From contig OZ025736.1 in the NCBI GenBank assembly GCA_964019335.1, forward strand, positions 310,001 through 374,000: a stretch of DNA of 64,000 nt, in the 5' to 3' direction. Within the stretch, counting starts at the first letter, position 1. Each line of letters begins with the position of its first letter. Shown here in pieces: positions 32,801-41,345 of the stretch. Made by a program: the position numbers and the translations under genes. The notes below the pieces were generated by a model. It was not told the DNA's origin. It saw only the letters and a program-made list of their open reading frames with translations, and did not search any database. This DNA is from Diplonema japonicum. Its lineage: Eukaryota; Protista; Euglenozoa: Diplonemea.

Positions 32801-34510
32801 GACAGCGACGGCCCATGAATCGGAGTCAACTGACGTGGTGGCAGCGCCGATGCAGCGGAGGACGGAGGGTGCCCATGGGCCTGGCTTCACTTGTCCTGCT
32901 GCCACCATGACCGTGCTGAAGGAGAAACCGATGTAGAGCCAGAAGCCCATGCATCGCTGGGCACTTTGGAGGACTTCGCCTACGTATTTGGAGTCGAGGT
33001 ACGGGGAGAGTCCTTTAGCAATTCCTTGCAAGATGCCCGTGGCAGCGTGCGCAAACACAGCCAGCCGCACGTCGCTGTCGAACTCCGACTGCTCTGCGTC
33101 CTCGTCCATCGCACAGCATGCTCGCAGCGCCACGCCTATCCACTGCTTCGCCTTCTCGTCGTTCTTAGCGGTCTCCACCAAAACCTCACCAGCGTCGCCG
33201 CCCCTGGTCGCTGCAGCGTGTGCGGCTTTGTAGTGCGGCGCCAGAAGATACGCTACCCGCAGCACACCCATCTCCATCCCACTCACCGCCTTGCTGGCAA
33301 GCACATCGATCGCCTCATGCAGCTGTTTCAGAACATGCACAGGTGTTTTAGAGAAGGCTTCGGGCAGCCTTTCGTACAGCCTTGTGAACATCAGGAAGCG
33401 CTCTATGGAATGGACATCTAGAAGCGCAGAGAGGGGCAGGATGGAAGTGACGAGCTGCTCTTGTGTGGGGGGGGACAGGGTGTCCCAGGCCTCGGCGAGG
33501 CCCATGATGAGAGATGTGATTTTGGGGAAGAGCAGCTGCAGTTCCGGCTGAGGGGGTTTGAGCCCCTTTCTGGCAGAGGTGTACCACGCAGCGAGCAGGT
33601 CCGACCACTTGAGGACGAGCTTGAGGATGGTCTGGATGGAGGCGGCGACGGTGGCGACTCCAATATCGACCCAGTTGGGGTCTTTCTTGATCTCGCGGAA
33701 GCGGGTCCACAGGAAGTTGCACACCATGTCGCCAACAGGAGTTCCCTCGGAGCACAGAACAGCAAGAGGGAGCACTTGCGAAACAGTATCGGAGGAGTCA
33801 AGGAGGAGCTTGGCATGGTACGGCGTCACCAGCGAAGGGTGCTGCGAGAAGAAATCAGACAGCAAAGATAGATTCGACGGGAGAACAATACCAACGATTC
33901 GATGGAACACCTCTGCGGTGATACACTCTGACGGGAGATAATCCAGGATAGCTGTCAAAAACCACAGTTTAGCCTCTTCGATGGCGGCGATGTTCTGCGT
34001 CGTCTCCTCCACTAGGTACCCCTTCTCAGAACAAGCAGAAAGGAGGATGTGAGACGTCAGCGAAGCAGTGGGACAGGGTAGGGACGCGAAAAAATGAAAA
34101 GTATGCCAAAGCGCGGCACTGTTTTGTACGATGGGGATCTCATGAGTGACCTCGTCGTCTAGCGAGGGGAAGAGGTTGTCGTTGAGAGGCTCCGTGTGAA
34201 GGGACACGAGGGTTTCGTGAATGATCTGTAAAGCATCTGTCACATGGTGAAGTTCTGCGGTGTTTTGTTTTATGCAGTCCTTTGCCCAGTCGCGTACTTC
34301 TTCGTTGATGCTGCAGGCCAGCTTGCACAGGACTTCGCTCGACTCTCGCGGGCAGGCCATCGATACGTCGTCGTTCTTCCCCAGCACCTCACACAGCGCC
34401 ACGTACCCTTCCGACAGAACTTCTTCCCCGCCTAAGAGCATCGTTTTTAGAATCGTTTTCAGTTCATCTCTGTCTCGTGCCGTCCCTAGCCTTTCTGAGA
34501 CGCCATGCAT
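29873..34510 (-). CDS. SEN1: Sen1/senataxin-like SF1B (Upf1-family) helicase
   Basis: Motifs LIQGPPGTGKT, APSNTAVDE, VIDEAAQ, GDDKQLP, QYRMHPDI, ITPYKDQ, TVDGYQGREK and RVNVSLTR, after a long helical N-terminus. Confidence 0.85.
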   Translation of the reverse strand: MHGVSERLGTARDRDELKTILKTMLLGGEEVLSEGYVALCEVLGKNDDVSMACPRESSEVLCKLACSINEEVRDWAKDCIKQNTAELHHVTDALQIIHETLVSLHTEPLNDNLFPSLDDEVTHEIPIVQNSAALWHTFHFFASLPCPTASLTSHILLSACSEKGYLVEETTQNIAAIEEAKLWFLTAILDYLPSECITAEVFHRIVGIVLPSNLSLLSDFFSQHPSLVTPYHAKLLLDSSDTVSQVLPLAVLCSEGTPVGDMVCNFLWTRFREIKKDPNWVDIGVATVAASIQTILKLVLKWSDLLAAWYTSARKGLKPPQPELQLLFPKITSLIMGLAEAWDTLSPPTQEQLVTSILPLSALLDVHSIERFLMFTRLYERLPEAFSKTPVHVLKQLHEAIDVLASKAVSGMEMGVLRVAYLLAPHYKAAHAAATRGGDAGEVLVETAKNDEKAKQWIGVALRACCAMDEDAEQSEFDSDVRLAVFAHAATGILQGIAKGLSPYLDSKYVGEVLQSAQRCMGFWLYIGFSFSTVMVAAGQVKPGPWAPSVLRCIGAATTSVDSDSWAVAVSNLAEARAFTSEEDRNLFTRIIGRHPNAVEAITRVAHYTPTAERLVAWSKGHEYSADITPVKPKCPEFMPQYTLGILDDDDDEECVEEEDPPKAQAAPEEVTTHGATSKGKAAFLVDMAARVMTPAPRMPKLSREEKALRQVAKLATGTSQVQIEQQPCGAVWLVDPRSKMGESKPINIANNKLVVQQKQLNSNALAAGDKRFLAMQKQAATESVRQLREKRFPSQQNLLLHSLLDAQMPHQLTGRKLPTLQTSYVSEDSYAKTLFPYILEEGVCGVQRAIKEFRATYHDRGIVTEVIGDMGEVVIEFEMPAQNFYSQMELVAMDFNTDELVLGKVTRNFRRHNQLRVCLTKAQLELMYVSRGVEVSPLTRVGSIFHQTWVINHLSLLPLFRTLLSAKPLFTPHSETSIPSGYLAYLGRRFNFSQRNAILKSASAEGISLIQGPPGTGKTHTILGLLGALLVDRPKHEGRHRNVLVVAPSNTAVDEVALRVATSGLRNSKGEVFKPLMVRVGVRAKVNQKLWPLFLEDIVELQLGTKRDQVDRTHDSYTLLCSQLAAEETKLKMMTKKTGSDYVNLAEKIRLMQSKMKTEARKRKEAAEAAEQGRTEAKASILNSAQLVFSTLGSCKDFPNKFTAVVIDEAAQCVEPDVLLALKHGAKTCVMVGDDKQLPATILSPEAQNSGYDTSLFARLRAGGHVPYLLSTQYRMHPDIRSFPSKAFYSNRLTDHESLLKRTQLPVLPYFVVNVNNGRTVKSERSSSIKNPVEASVVMNIVRKVKLAANLQNSDIGVITPYKDQSVFIQQRLNGVEVDTVDGYQGREKKAIVISCVRAPGDAKGLGFTAKAERVNVSLTRGQSIVIVVCHVETMAESDLWRKLIVDARERGVVFQSGSFEGAGSLPQPKGNLTEKDLHKDATRPMNDECTRAALLEYKRKKQNPPKPIKQDLPKPKVKVLPRELRGPVQQAVMLGKRKLPKGF

Positions 34511-34813
34511 CAGGTTTTTTTCTTTTCTTTTAGTTGCCTTTGTGTTTTTTTTTATTTGGGGGGGGAGAGGTTGTAATATTAAAAGGGGGGGAATAGAAAT
34601 TTTTGTGGTGGTTTGGTGGAGATATTTAAGAAAAAAAAGAGAGCGCGTTTGTTTTTTCCCGGGGGGGGGGGTTTCTTTGAGATGAATGAAAAAAAGCCGG
34701 GGGGGGGGGGGGGGGGGGGTTTGGCCTAAAAAATGAGTAAACCCTAAGAAGCCGGGGTCAAAAAAAAAAGAGACATTTAAGGGTACCTGCGGTATGTGAC
34801 AGGACGCCTGAAA

Positions 34814-34855
34814 AAATTCACTATGATTGGAACGAAGTGGTTAGCATCGGCCCGC
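34814..34855. promoter_or_regulatory. 42-nt intergenic motif, copy 2 (about 300 nt upstream of the SEN1 ATG); reads CCAAT on the minus strand
   Basis: 39/42 identical to 4613-4654; a 14-nt core recurs at 60539-60552. Confidence 0.5.
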
Positions 34856-35109
34856 GAGAAAAAAAAAAGATGAAAGAAGCAGGGGGGGGGGGGGGGAATG
34901 CAAATTAGTCACTGGTAAACTCGAATGCAAGCACGTGCAACCTTTTGCATATGAGCAGTGAAAACTGAAGAAAGAGGTGGGTGTGCTACCATGAGTCAGT
35001 CATTACTGTCGGGCAGTACACCCCAACCCCAGTGTGAGGTGTTTACTGCAGGGTCCGGTGGCTAGAGCGCCCCCTTTGCAGCAACCCTGGCCCGACATTT
35101 TAAAAAGGC

Positions 35110-35240
35110 CAGCCAACACCTTCCTTTAACTTGTGCTCAGGTGTCACCAACATGAGGGAAACAACTCGCTAGAGGGGAGGTGCCGTTACCCACCTTGGAC
35201 TTGCGCCTGAATGCCCAAAAGTCTTGCTGCCCCTTTTCAA
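35110..35240 (-). ncRNA. Structured dispersed element, copy A (unassigned RNA motif or SINE-like)
   Basis: Homologous to 52372-52510, with conserved stems and one compensatory base pair. Confidence 0.45.
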
Positions 35241-35878
35241 AAATGTTAACTTTTTTTTTTTTTTGTCGTTGTTTTTTTTTTCTTCTCCTCGATAAAAAGT
35301 CACAGAAATAAAAGGGAAAATATCTCGAGTAAGCCTCAAAAGGGCAATCGTTGTTAAAGGATGCGAGAAAAAAAGCGTGAGGGAAGCATTAAAACGGCGG
35401 TTCCAAGAACAGCTGTGTAGACGAACGGAAAAGAACGAGACAAATAGAGAACCGGCGACACCATCCTTGTAACAGACTACCTCACCATTATTGGCTTCCT
35501 GCTCAGCAGCAGCTCATTCGCAGCCATCAGCCACATGAACACGTAAGGTAACCACCTGATGCATATCCACCCCGTACACCAGGGTATACCACACAGGTTC
35601 TGCAACAGAAATTTCAACTATATAGGAGGGCCGCCTTGCATGTCCTTGATCTGTTCTTTAAAGCGTTCCTGAAGGGGTGAATAGCATGGGCGAATAATAA
35701 AGACATAAAGTCATAAAAAAAGGGGGGGGGAAGAAGATTTTTTTTTGTTTTTTCGCTCGCTCTGCGAACGACTCTGCCTCGATAAAGTCTCAGAAAAAAA
35801 AAGTTCACACTTGCGGTTTTTTTTTTTTTTTTTCCCCCCTTCTTTTTTTTGTTTTTTATTTTCTTAAATGCCGCGAAG

Positions 35879-35917
<39 letters not shown>

Positions 35918-36016
35918 AAAAAAAAAAAAACACATGAAGAGATTTATCGTTTCTTCGTTCATTTCTTTAAAAAAGATCCCTGGCGGAATCGGATAGGAAA
36001 GAAAAAAAAAAAAAAA

Positions 36017-37996
36017 TCACTCGCCTTTCACCCCCGCGGCCGTGTCTTCCGGTCCGGACTTCACCCTGCTTGAACAAATCTGTCTGTGTGCCAGTTCAAG
36101 GTCGTCTGGGACCCTGCCGACGAAATTAGTAACCGCCGCAACAACCTTACTGATGGGCTTTGCAGGAGGCACACCTTCCTTGGCCTCGGGTGATACCTCA
36201 CCATCGGTGCTTTTTCTGTCTTTATGCGGGATAAGGTTAGAGGGAAGAACCAAAACGGCAGCTCCCACAGCGGCTATGTAGAGACGGACGGAAAACAGCG
36301 AGACAACGAAAATAACACACGACGACAAAATCGCAATCAGAACGAGCAGAATGGTAGCGATTCCGCTGACCACGGGATCCTCGTAACTGAAGAGCGAGGA
36401 GCCCTTCGAGAGCATCGTGGCGGCCCTGCCCACAGGATTGTGCATTTTCGCCGCAGATTTCAACGCCCCTGAAATATTGTTCAACTTCGTCCACAACGTG
36501 GGCTTCTTGAAGGGGTTATTCTCCTCATACAATATAACCTCACGAGGGATACGTGTTTTGCTCAACAGCAGCCCGTTGGCAACCAAAAACACCGCAACGA
36601 CATAAGGCACTTGATACATGTGAAGAGCATACGATAGAATACACCACACCGGCACTGCACCCGCTGCATAAACACCATTCTGCCACAGAAATTTCAGTAA
36701 TGTAGGAGGACCGCGTTCCGTGTTGAACCTCGCCGCACTGTCCTTCAACCTGAAAACCTCATCGCCCGTTGGCTGCGGTGTTTTAAAAACGGCAGCAGTG
36801 AGATACGCCTTGGGAACCAACCCCATCACTGGCGCTTCTGAAGGGGTGTACGACAGTGTAACATGGATAAGACCTAACGGACGTTTTGGGTCGTGCATCC
36901 CGAGCTGTTCCGTTACCTTGGAACATCCTCTGAAAGGTTTCGGTTGTTCAGCATTGTACCCCATCGCCTCTGGCTCCCCGCACGGGAGGAGGTCGATCCA
37001 AAACTCGTTCTTTGAACCTGCTTTCAATGACGTTAACGGGATTGCCCCACGGCCTAGCGGTTGCTTCACCGCAGCAATGCCTGATACATCATATGCACAG
37101 AAGTACAGAGATGATGTTGGGTCGGTGCAGGGTAGTTCGTAGGTAGCTTCGGATTCACCCCATTTAGGGTTGTGGGTCTGTGCTTTACCAATGGTTTTGA
37201 TGTAAGATCCAGTGAGGTAGAACTCTAAATGTGGGTTTGGGGTACCCATGTCGCCGGCCCAGCCTGAAAGTCCACGGCATTCGTGGAGACGGAGCGAGAT
37301 TGTTCCGCACTTAGGTGTTGTTGTGTTAAGCAAAATTACGTCTTTTGTGTTGTTTCTGAGGTCAGAGTGCACGTTTCCTCTGAGGGTCTTCATGCGACGT
37401 TGGACAGCTTTACCAAGGTACCATCCTGTGATTTTGACACCGTTTCGTGTCGCGCATTCGTTGCAGCATCTTTGTTCCGTGGCGTATCCAGGTGTGCTGA
37501 GAGATTGCCCGCTGCATGGACCGCAGACAGGGAGATGGCACGTCCTGCAGTGGTGGCGAAGGTTGAATGCGTTGAAATCCTTTTCACATAAAGCGCACTC
37601 AGTCTCCTCCTTGTCGATGTCTGGGGGAGGGATGTACTCACCGCTCTTGGGGCCTCGGTAGACCCTCACCCATCGCCGCTGCCTCACGAAGTCCCTTAAC
37701 GTTTTCGTGCTGTGAAACTTTGAGAGGTTAAAATCTATAGCGTACTTCCATGGTTCTTCTGTCCACTCCCCTACCCATTCCCCATTGGGGATGGGCACTT
37801 CCAAGCCTTCTTTCTTCATGGGCCCTGACCCATACATATCGGTCCAAGATGGACGGTCGCCTGGAAGCCACGGGGCCTTCCACCCCTTTAAAGGAATCAA
37901 TCTTTGATTCTCGCAAACAAAAATCTTGTATGTCTCGAAAGATGAGGATGAAGGCGACATTGGTTCAGCGGCCTGCTGGGCTTCTTCGGTGGACAT
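36017..37996 (-). CDS. DysF + FYVE + C2 + C-terminal transmembrane (MCTP-like) protein
   Basis: DysF motifs ENQR..W..DRPSWTD..WKYA..VRQRRWVR; FYVE motif CALC..RHHCRTC..VCGPC..CCNEC; a C2-like beta region; two hydrophobic hairpins. Confidence 0.8.
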   Translation of the reverse strand: MSTEEAQQAAEPMSPSSSSFETYKIFVCENQRLIPLKGWKAPWLPGDRPSWTDMYGSGPMKKEGLEVPIPNGEWVGEWTEEPWKYAIDFNLSKFHSTKTLRDFVRQRRWVRVYRGPKSGEYIPPPDIDKEETECALCEKDFNAFNLRHHCRTCHLPVCGPCSGQSLSTPGYATEQRCCNECATRNGVKITGWYLGKAVQRRMKTLRGNVHSDLRNNTKDVILLNTTTPKCGTISLRLHECRGLSGWAGDMGTPNPHLEFYLTGSYIKTIGKAQTHNPKWGESEATYELPCTDPTSSLYFCAYDVSGIAAVKQPLGRGAIPLTSLKAGSKNEFWIDLLPCGEPEAMGYNAEQPKPFRGCSKVTEQLGMHDPKRPLGLIHVTLSYTPSEAPVMGLVPKAYLTAAVFKTPQPTGDEVFRLKDSAARFNTERGPPTLLKFLWQNGVYAAGAVPVWCILSYALHMYQVPYVVAVFLVANGLLLSKTRIPREVILYEENNPFKKPTLWTKLNNISGALKSAAKMHNPVGRAATMLSKGSSLFSYEDPVVSGIATILLVLIAILSSCVIFVVSLFSVRLYIAAVGAAVLVLPSNLIPHKDRKSTDGEVSPEAKEGVPPAKPISKVVAAVTNFVGRVPDDLELAHRQICSSRVKSGPEDTAAGVKGE

Positions 37997-38252
37997 TTTT
38001 TTTTTTTTTTTTTTTTTTTTCTTTTCCCCCTCCCCCTTCGTTTTCTTTTGACGGGTTTACACAATTTGTTTACGGTTCTTACGTACATAAAAAAAAAAAA
38101 ATAATAATAATAAAATAAAAGGTCAAGTGTACTGTCGTTGTCAATAAAAAAAAAATCTTCAAGAAATTAAACTTGAAAAACATGCAAGACTTTCTCTCTA
38201 CCAATGAAGGTAGAGATTATCAAAAAAAAGGGAACCTTCTCCCCCCTCCCTC

Positions 38253-40927
38253 CTATTTGTTTGCCATCATGGCCTCCCAGTCCACCCCGTCGAAGAAACG
38301 GTGTGCCTTTAATTTGTCAAGCCCCTGCAACCTTACCTCAGGATCCCTCTCCAAGAGGTTGCGGCACATATCCATTGCTGCCTCCGACATCGGCTCATCG
38401 AACACCAACTCTTTTCGCTGTTTTTTTTTTTTTTTTTTTTTTTTTTAAACCCATAACACTCCAAGGCGCAAATATTGTCGTTTTGAAAAATCGTTTTTTT
38501 CTCTAAGTACTTTTTCGTCCCCACGACCCCTGGATCTCCAAGAACGACTATAGTGAGGAGTTATTTTCAACTGCAATTAATGCTGCGCTGCATCACTTTA
38601 CCTTGTTATCCACCCACCAAGTGGGTCCCAAATCCGAGTAGATAGGCTAAAAACGCAAAATAACGGGTGTGCATACTGTGCCCAAATTGTTCCCAAAAAA
38701 CGCAAAGGTAAAGCCAAAACAGCTACGGACGAGGTCCAACCTTCATGGGTAAGGGAGTTGGTACCCATAGAGACCATAAAATAGGCCAGTGGGGAGAAAA
38801 AAAGCTGTCCCGTGGTACGCAGAAACCTGACGACGCAAAATGGTTATTCCTTCGGTTTTTTTATAAGAAGTTAACAGACGTCATCCAAGAAGAGACAAAC
38901 AGGCAAAAGGACGCTGAGATTGATAAAATTTCGACCCAAGACTCCACCGCTTACTCGGATTGGGCATTGCGATGGGTTTACGGCGTGCCCAGAATCAGCA
39001 GTCGTATTGGTCCACAGGACCCATGAAAATCCCCCTTTTCAGTAACACGATGCCCAGGAGACGCTACCAGGAAATCAAAAGTAGCCTCCGCTTCACTCAC
39101 ACAGAAGAGTCAAACGGTGATGTGTTGTGAAGATACGGGGGTTTCTGGACAGAATTGGTGACAAGTGGGCAAAAGCAGCAGTGCCAGGAAAATATTTAAG
39201 CATTGACGAGACACTCGTACCTTCACGGGGCAATTGGGGGCTGCGGGTCTACTGTCCTTTCAAGCGTAAAAGATATGGCATAAAAATCTACTGCCTAAAC
39301 TGCGCGAGCACGGGTTATCTTTTGCGTTTCACATCCACGCCACCAAAATCGAGGGGCACGCACTTGAAGATTTCAGTGTTGTGGAAAAAGCGGGGCTGGG
39401 GTTAACAGAGCCTTTGCGGGGAAATGACAACACGGTAGTTTGCGATAGCTACTTTTCGACTGTGGGTCTGGCCGAAGCCCTGCTGTGAGGGGCTTGCATT
39501 TCGTTGGGTGTTGCGGACTCTTCTGGTGGGCCCTAGAAGTGACAATAGTTAACTGCCATGCACTTCAAATAAAATATGGTTCAGGGATGCCAAAGAGATA
39601 CACAACCCTGGCTGCTTTTAAAGAGCGCTTTCGAGAGAGCCTAATTGATGGGCCCAACGTTGCAAAAACACCACTCCCGGCACCCAACTAGTGGTGCACA
39701 CACACCCGATACCCCAGATTACACCAAACGTGACCGCTAGCCACTCAAAGGGGGCACCTCCAGGGTCTGCAGGTTGAAAGGATGCACAAAACGCACAATC
39801 TACAAATGCTACACCTGAAACCAACACCTCTGTCCAAATAAGTGCTTTTTTCGTACCACTCTTCCATCACCCCAAAAAGGCCTCTTGACGATTTCGAGGC
39901 CGATATTCCACCCGCAAATAGGCACTTCTCTCGGTCTGAGACATCTGAGGGCCTGATGCTGCCTTTTTTGTCCCAGGATGCTCAATTTACACCCCCCCGT
40001 GCACAACCCATTTTGACATGGTCGTTTTTGAGCACCCTACGGCCATTCAACTCTTCATCCCCTTTGTATTTTTATTAATTTTTGAACTTTTTTTTAAATT
40101 TTCCTGGTCCAAAAAACCCGTTTTACCTGCAAACGGGGGTTGAATGCTGCCATTTTTCCCCTCAGATTATGAAAAGGAGCAAAAAAGGGACCCCTATGTA
40201 GATAGGCCCCGGAGTGTTATGGGTTAAACTCAAAAAACCACGCATACCAATATTAACTCGCACATCTCGTTCAGACTCATTGAATAGAATGGCGGCAAGC
40301 CGCTTATCATCTCGTAAAGGAATATGCCCAAAGTCCACCTGTTGAAGTTTCTTTCATGTGTGTGCGTAGGGCGTACCAGTCCACAGCTTTACCACGACCT
40401 TCACCAGTTAACAGCTCAGGTGCAAGATACTCAAGTGTGTAGTAGTCATCTTCCTGTGGCTTTGCCAAACCAAAATCGGTGATGTAACAGTTGCCTTCAT
40501 TGTCAAGGACACAGTCGTCCAATTTGAGGCCTTCATAGATAATGCCCAAGGAGTGCATGTAATCAATGGCAAGGGCAATTTGGGCGGTGAAGTGGCGGGC
40601 TCGTCCTTCTGTGAATTTCTTTTCCTTCTGTAGGTGGGAAAAGACGCTACCACCGGTGAGGAAGTCAGGGATGAGGTACAGCTTGTCTTCCGTTTGTAAC
40701 ACGAAGTGCAGCTTCACGATGTAACGATGGCTGAGCCGTCTAAGGATGTCCTTCGCTGCTGGGATGACGTCCTTGTTGTTCATGACCTGCATGGCGTAGG
40801 TCACACCGGTGTCTTTCTTCGTGACCTTCATCACCTTCCCAAAGGAGCTTTTTCCCTCCACGCAGAGCGGTTCGAAATCTTCCAAACCTACGTTACTTGG
40901 TTTCCCACCGCATTTTTGAGGCGCCAT
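38253..40927 (-). CDS. AGC-family (RAC/SGK/S6K-like) pseudokinase; intron 2 carries a piggyBac element
   Basis: Exons 40927-40377, 40338-40248 and 38417-38253 give a continuous kinase fold (..[40 protein letters not shown]..*). DFG and APE are present, but the catalytic Lys and HRD are replaced. Confidence 0.75.
38450..40223 (+). mobile_element. Decayed, internally deleted piggyBac (PGBD-type) DNA transposon, 1774 bp
   Basis: 13-bp TIRs CCCATAACACTCC (38450-38462) and GGAGTGTTATGGG (40211-40223), flanked by TAAA and TTAA. Frameshifted transposase pieces: FLRFF..IQEETNR, LSIDETLVP..YGIKIY, VCDSYFS and a C-terminal Cys-rich domain. Confidence 0.9.
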
Positions 40928-41345
40928 GACCTCCCTTTTTTTTTTTAATTTTTCTTTTACCCCGTGGGGAAAAGGAAAAAAACAAGGGAAAATCAAGAAA
41001 GGCTGGAGAAAAAAAAAAAAAAAGAAAAGAAAAAGGGTAGGGGAAAGGCACAAAGAAAAATAATAAAACTAGTACTTTTTTCGCTACAACATGCACACAC
41101 ACAAACTCTCCTTTTCTCTTTTTTTTTTTAAAACCCCCCCAACACCAAGAAAAAAATAACCACCGAAATAAGAAGGAAAAAAAAAGGTAAGAGAAGAAAA
41201 AAAACCCCCCCTCTCTCTTTTTTTGTTGTTATGTCACAGAATGAAAAAAAAACCCCCCCCTTTCCTGAGAGGGTGAGATGGTTACACTTCTATTAATTTT
41301 TTTATCCCCCCCCTCGTGTAAAAAAAAAAATAATCTTGCATCCCA

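Noticed and set aside
35018-35030. CCCCAACCCC as a telomerase RNA template, and TAAACCCTAA at about 34738 as a telomeric repeat
   Set aside because: Both are single short matches with no supporting structure or array.
39805-39820. TGA at a conserved Cys position in the piggyBac Cys-rich domain as possible recoding
   Set aside because: The element has several other frameshifts and stops, and host genes use TGA as a normal stop.
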